A program made the position numbers and the translations under genes. A DNA stretch of 20,000 nt from Chiloscyllium plagiosum (Eukaryota): contig NC_057757.1 in the NCBI RefSeq assembly GCF_004010195.1, positions 7,522,210 through 7,542,209 of the forward strand. Direction: 5' to 3'. The notes beneath the pieces are model-generated. The model did not search any database and was not told the origin of the DNA. It saw nothing but the letters and a program-made list of their open reading frames with translations. This document shows, piece by piece, positions 1-10,934 of this stretch (the stretch's first letter is position 1; each line of letters begins with the position of its first letter).

Positions 1-24
1 AAATGAACTGCATCGTGTCTCGAC

Positions 25-285
25 ATAAACTTGAATTCAATCTTTTACAATAAAAAAGTGCCGTTCAGATTCTGATCCCCCACAAAACTGTTGCTGGTTG
101 TTGGGAGAGGCCATTTGTTCCTCCAATGTCATCAGCAAAGGAGACCACTGTCCTGACCAGGTCTGAACTACAAGTGAGTCCAGATGATACCAATTCAATC
201 AGCTCTTATCTGTCCCCGACCATTAGGATGGGCAATAAATGCTATCCTGCCCCAGCAACATCCATATCCTCTGAATGAAGAAAAG
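25..285 (+). mobile_element. Degenerate SacSINE1-like (Deu-domain) SINE, 3' part
   Basis: CTGTCCTGACCAGGTCTGAACTACAAGTGAGTCCAGA resembles the Deu core, followed by the tail ATTAGGATGGGCAATAAATGCT...TGAATGAAGAAAA. Homologous to the copy at 7855-8224. Family name from recall. Confidence 0.6.
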
Positions 286-867
286 ATACAGTGGATCGTG
301 ATGTCAAAACTCTATGACCTCATGCATTCTGGAGTCAATGTTGTGAACTCCCTCTTGTACACCACACTGCCGTGTCCACCAGTGGTGGGTTTATCAGGCT
401 GGTGTTAAAGGATTTGCCAGGATTGGGTTGAAGGAACCTGGCACATTGCCTGTAACATGTGACTCAGTCTGACTACGTCGGGCTGTTGCATGAGCAATCC
501 AACGAGAAAACCCTGCCGGTGATTGTACAAGTGAGGAGGGCGGTGCGAGGTAAGTATTCTCCGTTTCCGGTCTTTGGGCCAACACCAGGTGAGGATTTGA
601 TTTTATTCCTGTTTAACGTTTCCATTGCAGTTTGAAGGGGGCAGTAAGAAAACGAGTTAATCATTTTGTTGGGCGTCTGGAGGCACACACGGCGCAAACT
701 GGGAAAGGAGATGGGATATCCCACCTTGAAGAGCAATGGGAATCAGATTTGCTTTTCATATCAATCCAGCAGTTTCACGGTCTCCCTTTCCCAATCCCTT
801 CCTCATTTTCCTCTTTCCATTAATTTTCACTTTCTCCAATTGTCTCCTTTGATGTCTCAAACTGTTG

Positions 868-1868
868 TTGTAGAGTCCTATAGCACGGAGACAGGGCCTT
901 CGACCCAAACTAGTCCATGCCAACCAAAATGTCCATCTGCGCTAAACCCATTTCCCTGCACTTGGCCCATATCCATCTAAACCTCTGCTGTCCATGCATT
1001 TGTCCAAATGGCCTTTAAATGTTGTTAATGTACCCACCTCAACTACTTCCACTGGCAGCTCATTCCATAAACGTACTCCATGTGTAAAGGTTCCGTTTTA
1101 TTGTTTTCCCATCACCTTAAACTGATGCCCTCTCGTCCTTGATTCCCATCCTGAGGAAAAAGACTGAGTGCATTCACCATATCCATGTCTCTGATGATCT
1201 TATATTCCTCTACCAGATTCCCCCTCAGCCTCCTACGCTCTAGAGAAAAAAGTCCTAGCTTGTCCAAACTGTTGTTATAACTCAGACCATTTAGTCCAGG
1301 CGACGTCCTTGTAAATTTCTTCTGCACTCTTTCCAGTTTAATAACATCTTTCCTATGACAAGATGACCATAACTGAACACAATAATCCAAGTGTGGCCTC
1401 ACCAATGTCCTGTACAATTGTAACATTACTTCCCAACTTCTATACTCAGTGCCCTGACTGGTGAAGGCCAGTGTGCCGAAAGCCTTCCTCACTGTCTTGT
1501 CTACATGTGACGCCACTTTCAGAAGCTGTGCGCCAGCACTCCAAGGTCCCTTTGTCCCACTACACTCCGATGGCCACATCATTCACCAGGAAACTTCTGC
1601 CTTGATTTGAATTTCCAAAATGCAAGACGTCACACTTATCCATATTAAACTACATTTACCATTTCTCGGCTGACTTACCCAGCTGATCAAGGTCCTGCTG
1701 CAATTTCTGATACCCTTCCTCACTCTCCATGACACCGCCTATTTTAGTGTCATCTGCAAACTAGCTAATCATGCCCTTGTACATTCTCATCCAAATCATT
1801 GATATAGATAACAAACAGCAATGGGCCCAGCTCTGACCCCTGAGACACCCTACCAGTCACAGACCTCT
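868..1868 (-). mobile_element. CR1-clade (HER1-like) LINE, 5'-truncated, decayed RT C-terminus plus 3' UTR
   Basis: Minus strand gives GPLLFVIYINDLDENVQG, FADDTK (~1743-1760) and ORF 1112-1582 (LYRTLVRPHLDYCVQLWS...LERVQKKFTR...LFSLERRRLRG). Frameshifts present; CR1 3' tail near 870-930. Confidence 0.9.
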
Positions 1869-1909
1869 TTCGTTCTCTCTTTCCACCTGACATCTTCTTT
1901 CAATTCCAG

Positions 1910-2145
1910 CTTTATTTTATTCAGCCCTGGGACACGGGCATCAGTGCCTGCTGTAGTATTTATTGCTCATACCAAGTTGCCTCATTAGAAAGTGGAGATG
2001 AGCTCCCTTCTTGAACTGCTGCACTCCCTGTGGTGTAGGGGCTCCCACATAGTGCTGTCAAGGAGGGAGTTCCAGTATCTCGCAGTGAGACTGAAGGAAC
2101 ACTGATAAATTTCACCGTGATGAGTGGCTTGAAGGGAGCCGTAAT
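1910..2145 (-). mobile_element. 3' end of an L2/CR1-group LINE sharing its tail with the SacSINE1-like SINE
   Basis: TTTATTGCTCATACCAAGTTGCC...CTTCTTGAACTGCTGCA is the reverse complement of the tail seen at 4400-4470 and 10510-10580. Confidence 0.6.
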
Positions 2146-2305
2146 GTGAAGGTTAACGATGATATCTTCAAACCAGAGCATTGAGGATTGTTATGGCAAG
2201 GAACAATGCGCAGGAACGGAGAAGGCATATTAAAACAAGAGTGACGCAGAGTCAAACTGTATTGACTGGGAGGTGATCACACGGCACTGATATGCCTATT
2301 TGAAC

Positions 2306-2380
2306 TGGAACAGAGAGACCTTGGAGTTCAACTGCACAGTTCTCTGAAAGTGGACTCACAGGTAGACAGAGCGGTGAGGG
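2306..2380 (+). mobile_element. Short CR1 ORF2 fragment
   Basis: Translates as EQRDLGVQLHSSLKVDSQVDRAV, a typical CR1 ORF2 segment; homologous to ~15740-15810. Confidence 0.55.
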
Positions 2381-3469
2381 TACCTGGGTCCACCTGGATT
2401 GGTTTCTCAGTCCAAGTTAAAGGTTGGGAAAGTGCTGCCGTCATTATGACATGTAAATTCAACACGTCATCTTAGATTCGGAATGCATGAATATCAGGTA
2501 CTTTGTCCCACTTCTGGGATGCCTCACTGTGGGGCTGGTGCCGTGTAATCTGAGAGAGAGAGAGCTCCAAAAAACCTCCAGTGAACAGAAGGCAGTGTGT
2601 GGGACTCATTGGTTTGGATATGGTACTGGGTATGCTCTGTGGTTTAATAGAAATGATTCACTCATTAGTTAGCACATGTCTCTGACATATATTACATAGA
2701 TTCAACTAATAAATTTGCTTCAGGTTGAAGTGCCCGCGTCTTCTTGTCATCATTTCGATGGGGCATGAAAGAGCCCGTGAGCTAATTTTAAGCTAACAAT
2801 TCACTTGGTCAGAAAACAAATTACAACACACATGGCATTGCAAGCAGGGGATGGGGAAAATGTTCGAGGGGAAGAAGGCTGGGGAAGCATTCCTAGTCCC
2901 AAAATGGTCTTCTGATGGTGGTTTCCGTGTGCGTTTTGGGCCTCTTAAGGTTTCGTGGGGGAGGTGTCGCATTTGGAACAAAATCCCAGCCGTGCCAACT
3001 TGGACTGTCTGGAGGAAGCAGTTTTCGCAAAGAAGCTGTCCACACGGAGGCTGGATTCTGCTGAGCAGCCTCTGGGCGTTGTCTCTGGAGTTACGACAAT
3101 TAAAGGAAGTGAATGATATCCGACCCAGCTCGCATTGCCCACTGTCCAACACAACAAGCCTCGGGGACGGTGGGGGAGGGCAATGTTGAAGGTGAATCCA
3201 ATAAATGTGCACTCATTATGACCTTCAGCTGACTGAGAGACAGAGAGGAACAGAGATGGAGGCACTGAGCCTTCTCATGCTGCAAGTGGACTCTGGCTTT
3301 TGAGTGAACTCATGTCATCATTCCACTGCACCCACACGACATCCAAGGGTAGGAGTGAGCGAATTGATTGTGTGAACCTCCAGGCTATAGTCACGATCCG
3401 TTGGGTGGTTGAAAATCAGCTAGCGCAACAGCTACAAGCTCTGAGCGTCATTGCATATAGGTTGGGCTG

Positions 3470-3730
3470 ATAGAATCCCTCGGTTACACATGGAGATCAT
3501 TCAGCCAATCCAGTCTGTACTGACACTCAGAACAGCATCTCACCCATCTGCATAATCCTGCGGTTACCATGACCAACCCACTCTAACTTGCACATGTTTC
3601 AACTGTTGGGGGAAACCGAAGCACTGGGAGGAAACCCACACAGACAATGGGAGAATGTGCAAACTCCACACAGACAGTCACCTAAGGCTGGAACCAAACC
3701 AGGTTCCTGTGGCTGTGAGGCAGCTGTGGT
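3470..3730 (-). mobile_element. Old HE1-like V-SINE
   Basis: GGAAACCCACACAGACAATGGGAGAATGTGCAAACTCCACACAGACAGTC is the reverse-complement V-domain; matches the copy at 12305-12611. Confidence 0.75.
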
Positions 3731-4139
3731 CAAAAGAAGCCAGGATAATAAGATTGATTGTTGAATTATAGTTAATCATGTGGGAATTCAAACAATTAGT
3801 TGTCATGACAGTGTACTATATCTGCTTGTTCTGGAATGTGAATTATTGCATGTAAAATCAGTTAGACATCCCATTCAAATGACAGAGAAAGAGAGAGGCT
3901 TTTGTGTTAATAAATTGAGTTAATAGCTACTTTCTGTTTCAATGTTAATTTCCCAGCTGTCCTCCAGTCTCTGAACTAACTGTAAACCCTGTGTGCACCG
4001 GTTCATATTTGTTGATGACCATTGACTGCAGAAAGTTAACTGATGTTGTATGTGTGTTTTCCACCCTGGATATCAAGGAGGTCTGTGGAGGTTTAAACTG
4101 ATGTCCCTTTAAGGAACTATCAGTGCCCACACGTTGCAC

Positions 4140-4500
4140 CCTCACGGCCTGGCATATTCCCCACTCAACAATTCGCATCAAGCCAGCGATCAAACCTGTT
4201 CCAACGCAGTGTGCAGGAGGCCATGCCAAGAGCAGCACCAGGAATATTTGAAAATCAGGTGACCCACCCAGTCAGAAATAGTGGAGAAAAATTCAACAAT
4301 TCACTTTAAGACGAGGCTCTACAAATGCCCACATTCTCAATGATGGAAGGAGAGAAATATCTTCACCCAGGGAATGAGTCAACCTACAGCAGGTGCACTG
4401 CAGTGGCTCAAGCAGATAGCTCACTACCACCTTCTCCAGAACAACTAGGGATGGGCAATAAAGAGAATCCCAACTAATGACACTCATTGAATGAGTGAAT
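4140..4500 (+). mobile_element. Internally deleted L2/CR1-group LINE remnant (ORF2 piece plus 3' tail)
   Basis: Decayed IKP.DQP.F....RRACQEQHQ segment joined to the tail CCACCTTCTC..AACTAGGGATGGGCAATAAA. The same composite occurs at 10155-10620. Confidence 0.6.
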
Positions 4501-4879
4501 TTTAGACAAAGGAACATTTATGTGAAATTATGTTCTGATGGGCTTGGTGGAAATTACATATTGGAATTGGTTGGTGGCGTGTGAAACCAATTGAAGAAAG
4601 GAAATTAAGTTAAGCATCAGAACTTTTTTACTCTTTCACTTAAACGCATGTTAGTATAATGTTAGTTTAAGGAAAGCCGAATAAATTTCACAAAATTTAT
4701 AATTGGTTTATTGTGTTTGGAATTGAACAAACTTCCAAATGTGTGAATGAATCTTCAATTCCCGATAATAACATTTGCACATCTTAAATGTGCTATTCTA
4801 TGTTCTAAGACTATTGGTTGGTGTGCATTGGAGTTCTAGAAAGATCAGGAAAATTGGAATTTTCGAAAGATAACTCAAT

Positions 4880-5014
4880 GCCATGCTCAATTGCCCATAG
4901 TGTTAGGTGCATTAGTCAGGGATAAATATCAGGTAGGGGAATGGTGGTCTGGGTGGGTTACTCTTCAAAGGGTCGGTGAGGACTTGTTGGGCCGAAGGGC
5001 CTGTTTCCAAACGC
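4880..5014 (+). mobile_element. HE1 SINE 3' fragment
   Basis: GCCATGCTCAATTGCCCATAGTGTTAGG...GGACTTGTTGGGCCGAAGGGCCTGTTTCC is the reverse complement of 12320-12445. Confidence 0.8.
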
Positions 5015-5924
5015 CATGAACAGGCAGCAACTGGGGGTTTTTAACCTGCAGGGCAAGTCGGGTAACCTTGAGCATACAGTTCCTGGTGTTTCCCCAAATC
5101 TTCCACCTCTGTGGGGTGAGGCAAAACCGATACCATATTTCACTCAGGAGCTGAAAAGGGTGGGGAACTGACGAGGACCCTTGGGCACAATCTCGGAAGA
5201 GATCAACAAGCCCCTTTCCTTCAGTGAAGTGAAAGAAGCCTCTGTGAAAGTTGTATTGCACACACAAAGATTCCCCTTGCAAGTTACAAGCACAGCAACT
5301 TTCCCATTCAACTGAAATCAGTACGAAAACAGAGAGTCGTCCCAAAGCATCATAGGTTCAAAACTTTGAATTCTTATTTCATTGGAAAGTTGAAAAGTAT
5401 TATTTTAAACTGCCAAAGGGAAGATGCTATGAACAAAGATGACTCAGTTTGTTCTCACAACATCGAGAAGACGGCTTTGGAAGCCATTCAATTTGAAATC
5501 TGAATTTGGAATGAGAAATACTTTGTCCATATACTTGTATTGTTTCTCTCTGGAGGAGATTTACCAAGAAAGATCCAGAAAATGCTTGCTTCCAGGAGAT
5601 TAAACATGTCAGTTTGAGATTGCCAAATTATTTGTGGACAATATTTGAACAGAGTACATGGAAACATGACAAGACGTCAGTTGGTGACTCGGTCTCTGCC
5701 CAATTTCAGAATTAGCCTCTCTGCTCATCGTTTTAATTCTTCCTGACAACTGCTCAGTGCAGAGATGTGGTGTGTGGATATTCTTAACCTGTTGGCTTTC
5801 TTACTGAGACACGATGGACTTCGTATTTTTTCTGTTAATTGAACAAGTATAAAGGGTAAATAAATTTAACTCTTTAAATTTCAAATTTAAACAACCAGGA
5901 TTTCCAATAAATCATTGGCAACAG

Positions 5925-7215
5925 GAGCAGGGAGAGGCCAGTTGGGACTTAGAGACTGCACAAATGATGTAAACTGTTCCCACTTTCTCCCACATATTGT
6001 GATGGTACTTTGAGAGGTTTATTTTGTCCCGTTATTTATTTGAAGGCAGGGTTTGGCAAGAGAGTTCAAGCAGGCTGCACAGAATCACTGGAATAAACAG
6101 TTGTGGGGGGGTTTGTTGTTTAAAGTTGGAACAATAGAAGCAGCCTGAACGGGTGCGGTCAAGCTGTCACAGAACCAGAATATTAGGGTTTTAGTTTTTC
6201 AGTAGCAGCAGTTGTTGCTGGTGTCTCAGAAGCTGCAGTACATCTCTTCCTGTTATTACCTCTCTCACTCAAGGCTGTCTGAACTGCTAGAACTGCAATG
6301 TGAGATAATCTATTTTATTCAGTTTGCTTTTGCCTGGCATGTGCACTACTGCATCAGAAGAGTTACTGTTTAGTTGTAGAATAATTATCATTCTGCTAAG
6401 CTTTCCAATAGAGTTACATTACTCCAATGTTCAAATTCTCTCATTGTATTTCAGCAGATGAATAAAGTGTGCTTTCTTCCTTTCACTCTGGTAGTTTAGC
6501 CAATCAAAATGCATCTGTAAGAAAATGTCTGTAACTCGCCTTTAAAATAAGAAAAGTTGAGGGTCAAGGCTATTGTCTTAACACATGTCGAGGGGGTCGG
6601 CTGAATGGCAATACCCATTGATGTCTTTAGCCCTGAGAACTCTATATAAATCTTCCATGAAATGTTTTCAACTCCACAGCCTCAGGTGACAGAGAAATCC
6701 ACAGGCTCCCCAGACTCCAGATGAAGCCATATCTCCTCATGTCTGTGCTAAATAGCCTACCCCATGTCTTAAGACTGTGATCCCCTTTTTCTAGATTCAC
6801 CAACATCAGGAACATCCTTCCAGCGTTTGCGCTGTCTAGTCATGTTAGAATTTCTCGGCTTCTATGAAATCCAACCCAGTTCATTTTTCCAAACTCAACT
6901 GAACCTAACCCTAACCAATCTGGTATCTCTTCGGACATCAATCCTGTCATCCGAGGAATCAGTCTGGGAATCCTTCGCTGCACTGTCTCCATCACCGACC
7001 CGCCCATCCTCAGTAAAGGAGAGCAAAACTGCACAGGGTCCTTCAGGAATGACCTCACCAAGGCCCCGTAGAATTGCTGCAAGATGCCTTCACACCTGTA
7101 CTCCAACACTCGGAGTCTGAAGTGAACCTACCATTCACCTCCTTCACCACTTGACGGACCTGCACGCTTACCTTCAGTGACTAGTGTAGGAGAGACACCC
7201 AGCTCTTGTCCCAGC
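5925..7215 (-). mobile_element. CR1 LINE 3' fragment interrupted by a solo LTR
   Basis: ORF 6840-7109 (LQQFYGALVRSFLKDPVQFCSPLLR...ETVQRRIPRLIP) is decayed CR1 ORF2. Its 3' UTR is split at 5997/6611 (CTTTCTCCCACATAT...ATACCCATTGAT). Confidence 0.7.
5998..6610 (+). mobile_element. Solo LTR (probably Gypsy-type)
   Basis: TG...CA ends, ATAT/ATAC 4 bp flanks, AATAAA at 6461, and it cleanly interrupts a CR1 3' UTR. Its ends resemble the reverse complement of 8535-9098. Confidence 0.65.
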
Positions 7216-7274
7216 CGGGTGGGATGTTATCTGGAAGTTTTGGTTGAAGTGGTTGCAATAGTTTATCTCGAAAT

Positions 7275-7614
7275 AAAGAAGCTCGAGCAGAGATTTGAAA
7301 GTGGTGTACAAGGTTATGAGAGTCGAGAAACAAAACCCATTCTCCTCAGCAACAGTGTAAGGATCAAACTGACACAGATTTAATGGTTGAGAAAGAAATG
7401 TGGGGAGCGCACGGAGTAATGACTGGTGATGAATGGAACTTGTTGCCTTCATGCATGGTAAAAGCTGCAAACATGAAGCATTTCTTAAGGATTTTACAGA
7501 AGGACCTGAAGGAAAGAAACCAGCCAAGCTATGGTTACGAAGTGGGTCATTAACATTGATGGGATTGCTTTGCACAGAGCCAGTATGGACTCGATGGGTT
7601 GAATGGACACCACA
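7275..7614 (+). mobile_element. Old CR1 3' end
   Basis: Decayed RRLRGDL.EVYK.M-like segment, ending in the CR1 tail GACTCGATGGGTTGAATGG. Confidence 0.5.
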
Positions 7615-7814
7615 GTTGAAACTTTATTGCTGGAACAGCACAGCAGGTCAGGCAGCATCCAGGGAACAGGAGACTTGACGTTTCGGGCACAGGCCCTTCT
7701 TCAGGAATGAGCAGAGAGTGTTCCCTGTTCCCTGGATGCTGCCTGACCTGCTGTGCTGTTCCAGCAATAAAGTTTCAACTTTGATCTCCAGCATCTGCAG
7801 ACCTCACTTTCTCC
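7615..7814. mobile_element. Recent Penelope-like element terminal insertion (inverted plus direct pLTR pieces)
   Basis: Perfect 15 bp TSD TGAATGGACACCACA (7600-7614 and 7815-7829). Perfect 56 bp inverted repeat (7615-7670 and 7724-7779). Hammerhead core in the loop. Confidence 0.8.
7672..7710 (-). ncRNA. Minimal type I hammerhead ribozyme motif
   Basis: Minus strand reads AUUC-CUGAAGA-A-GGGC(CUGU)GCCC-GAAAC-GUC^AAGU: both core boxes, a 4 bp stem II, a palindromic ACGU stem III and a GUC cleavage triplet. Stem I is imperfect. Confidence 0.65.
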
Positions 7815-7854
7815 TGAATGGACACCACAACCTCATCTCAACATCCCAACATTG

Positions 7855-8224
7855 AGGGGAGGTGACAGTCCTCTGTTACTGTCATTGGAGTATTATTCCA
7901 GAGACGGAGGCAATATTCTGGGATCACAGGGGGCTTGAATCTTGCAGATGAAGACATTTAAAATCAATCTACAGGGAAAACATCTGATCTTAAGTTTCTG
8001 ATGACCAGAAAAAGCTGCTGATTGTCAGAAGGACCCATCTGCTTTTAAAATCGTTGAGTGAAAGAAACTACCGTCCTTACCTGGGCTGGCCTCCATGTGA
8101 CTCCAGACCCACAGCAATGCAGTTGATTCTGAAATACTCCCCCTCCCACGGGCAAGAAGGGATAGGCGATAGATGTTGTCCCGCCCAGGCAACCCTCCAC
8201 ATCCTTTGAATGAGTAAAAGAAAA
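7855..8224 (+). mobile_element. Near full-length SacSINE1-like Deu-SINE
   Basis: Deu core CCGTCCTTACCTGGGCTGGCCTCCATGTGACTCCAGACCCACAGCAATG, followed by a LINE-derived tail ending TGAATGAGTAAAAGAAAA. Confidence 0.7.
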
Positions 8225-8534
8225 GCCACAATGGGCCATGCTGTCAAAGCTCGATTGGATTCTTGCATCTTGAACCTACGTTGCTATGACAACCATTCCA
8301 GGCCCCAGGCCCATCTGTATAGCTCACTGTACCATGACCACCAGCGGTAGGTTGGTCAGGTTCGCATTCTCCTACGTGACAAGGATGGGTGATTGACGGG
8401 ACTGACAGTTTTACTACATGAATCTATCAACCTTGTGACCTTGTCACTTTAACAAGGTTATTGTGTCCTTAGGTTCATTTCAAGAGAGGTCATGAAGGAA
8501 GAGGTGCTGAAATATCCTGAACGAACCCCCAGCC

Positions 8535-9098
8535 TGTTATGGACCAGGCCAGACCCCCACAAAATAATTCAGGAAGATCCCCTAGACCCTAACTTTTTCT
8601 TACATTAAAGGCAAGGTATTCCAGGTGTGGTGCAGCTCGTCAAACCACACGGCTTTAAGCAAAACGAAATTTATTTACTCACTACAGGTGAGACATGATC
8701 AAAAGAAAATGGAATTTAGAGTAACTTAGCGATTGGAAAATTTGACTGACTTGATACAGCAGCTGAATGAAGGAACTGCTTCAATTCACGTAACATCCCG
8801 TGAACCCATGCCTCGGCAAAATGTGAGATTTCAGAGAGAATGATCAGCCAGGGAATCATCTGCTGCAGCATGGAGCCTTTAAACAACAGCAACTTCAGTG
8901 CCTGCTTCCAGCAGCTTCTCTGCTGCAACTAAACCAAACTAGATTGAACCTGAACTGGGAGAACTGGCCCCTCCCCCACCATGGCTAACAAAGGCTCATC
9001 CCGAGACATTTCGGCACCTCTGCTTTTATGATCTCTCTTAATAAAAACATCCAAGGAAAAAAAAATAATCTTGTCAGCAAAGTGACAGCATTGTCAAA
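8535..9098 (-). mobile_element. Solo LTR of the same family as 5998-6610, opposite orientation
   Basis: Starts TGTTATGGACCAGGCCAGACCCCC...AGACCCTAACTTTTTCTTA, the reverse complement of the 6540-6610 end. The other end (AAATAATCTTGTCAGCAAAGT) mirrors 5998-6030. Confidence 0.7.
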
Positions 9099-9356
9099 AC
9101 CTCTACTCCTTTCTTGCTCGGCCAGTCCAGCGGGACAACTCTGTCAGTGATTATGCAATTGGAAAGGGCACTGCCATGCAAGTGTTCACACTTTCTGCTT
9201 TTGAGACACACATTGGGTGACGATTTGTCTCATTCCAGTTTAGCTTTACAGTAACAGTTTGATAGAAATGAGCAGCTTGAAGAGGGTAGTGAGAAAATAA
9301 GTCAATCACTTTCAGAAGGTCAGGAGTCTCACATAGGCCAAAGTGGAAAAGGCGAT

Positions 9357-9404
9357 GGAGGGCATTAGGGATCCAGATTTGGAGGGCATTAGGGATCCAG
9401 ATTT
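9357..9404 (+). repeat. Perfect 24 bp tandem duplication inside a decayed Deu-SINE fragment
   Basis: GGAGGGCATTAGGGATCCAGATTT twice (9357-9380 and 9381-9404). Confidence 0.95.
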
Positions 9405-9419
9405 GTTTTTGTTGACATT

Positions 9420-9735
9420 CCAGCCATTCTGTCCATCAGCACAGTACTGAACCTCAGAAGAGCATCACTTACCCACCCCTGCAACCTCCTGTATGACACG
9501 ACTAATACATCTAGATTGCCCTTCCATGGAAAACATGGGACACAGCAGAATGGACAATCCATCTGACCCGCACACATTTGGACTGTTAAAGGAAACCACA
9601 GCACCCTAGCAGACACGCCCACAGACACAGGAAGAATTTGAAAGCTCCACACACACCATCAGCCAAGGCTGGAATCGAACTCTGGTCCCTGGCGCTGTGA
9701 GGCACCAGATGCCAACCACCGTGTCAAAACCATGC
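9420..9735 (-). mobile_element. Old HE1-like V-SINE
   Basis: V-domain (GGAAACCACAGCACCC...ACAGACACAGGAAGAATTTG) and tRNA-derived head with B-box (reverse complement GAGTTCGATTCC). Confidence 0.75.
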
Positions 9736-10154
9736 TGACTTGAATGGAAAAAGTCAGGTTGACAGGGCTGATAGTTGAATAATATGTACGAGATGAAGCA
9801 GTCTCCGTAACGTCCTGATGGTATACTTTATCTGCTAGTTCTGGAGTGTAAATCATTAGATGTATTTAGACATCTTACTTTTATTATGTAGGGGAGAGAA
9901 AGCCATTATGTTTGATTGGGGGAATAAATCTTTTCTGTCTAGATGCGAATTCCTCAAGTGTCCTCAGCCTCTGAACTAACAGAAACCCCTTTCTGATTTG
10001 GTCCATGTGTGTTTTCCATCATTAGCAGCCAAAACGCCATCTTGTGTCACTTGTGTATTTTTCTCCTCGGAGCTCAAGCTCTGGGAGGCTTTCACTCAAT
10101 GTCCCTTCGAAGAATTATCAGTGGTTGTGTAATATACAACCAGCACAATCCACA

Positions 10155-10620
10155 AACCCATGGCCTGGCATATCCCCCAACTCACCCATCACCATCAAGC
10201 AGGGGATCAACCCTGGTTCAAGGGGCAGTGCCGGAGGGCATGCCAGGAGCAGCACCAGGGTTCACCAGGAAATCAGTTGTCAACCTGGTGATGCCACCAA
10301 ACAGGGCTACCTGCCCAAACAGCATAACCAGCAAGGGATATACGGGGCTGAAGCGATCCCACAGCCAACAGATCAGATCTAAGTCCTGGCACATCCAATC
10401 CTGAATGGTGGTGGGCAATTCAATAGCTCACTGGAGAGGAGACACCACAAATACCCCTTTCCAATGGTGGTAGGGAAGAAAGTGAGTGAGATGATCTACA
10501 GGTTTTGGTCTGCTGCAGTTCAACAAAGTAGTCCACCACCACCTTTTCAAGGGCAACTAGAGATGGAGAATAAAATGCTGACCTAGGCACCAACACTCAC
10601 AAACCATGAATGAATCAATG
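10155..10620 (+). mobile_element. Internally deleted L2/CR1-group LINE remnant
   Basis: Frames read ITIKQG.(D)QPWF, RACQEQHQ, CQPGDATKQGYL, KRSHSQQIRSK and EWWW (LINE ORF2 between endonuclease and RT), followed by the tail CCACCTTTTCAAGGGCAACTAG. Confidence 0.7.
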
Positions 10621-10934
10621 AACAACCCGCCACTGGGTGGTTACTGCGAATGAGCTACACAAAGGGCTGGTAACAGTTTACCGCTTGGTCTTGGTTGTCG
10701 TCATGGGAAATCAGTTGAAGAGAGTTAAATGCCAGAACATATTTCTTCTTTCCTTAAAACACTGCACAACATCTGTTGGAATTATTTTAAGGTAACAGCT
10801 CTGGCGAAAGGGTAAAATTCATAAACTTTATGATTTCAATCGTTGAGTTTGGAATATCAGTTTCAGCCCAGAATAATATTGCAACGGGTGAGTGAATCTT
10901 TAATGCCAGATGATGAGATTTGCTCAACTTGAAT

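Larger units (their letters stand above)
3470..5790 (+). repeat. Copy A of an ancient direct segmental duplication (partner about 9420-12673, probably continuing at 15513-16310)
   Basis: Collinear anchors: 3819-3844 with 9829-9854; CTCTGAACTAAC at ~3969 and ~9969; 4741-4807 with 10886-10952; CATCATAGGTTCA at 5348 and 12110; exact 20-mer TCTTATTTCATTGGAAAGTT at 5372 and 12134; CTGAATTTGGAATG at 5500 and 12269. Boundaries approximate. Confidence 0.85.

Noticed and set aside
7615..7779. MITE or miRNA hairpin interpretation of the 56 bp inverted repeat
   Set aside because: The inverted repeat is not terminal (35 extra bp on the right), and the long TSD and hammerhead core fit a Penelope-like retro-insertion better.
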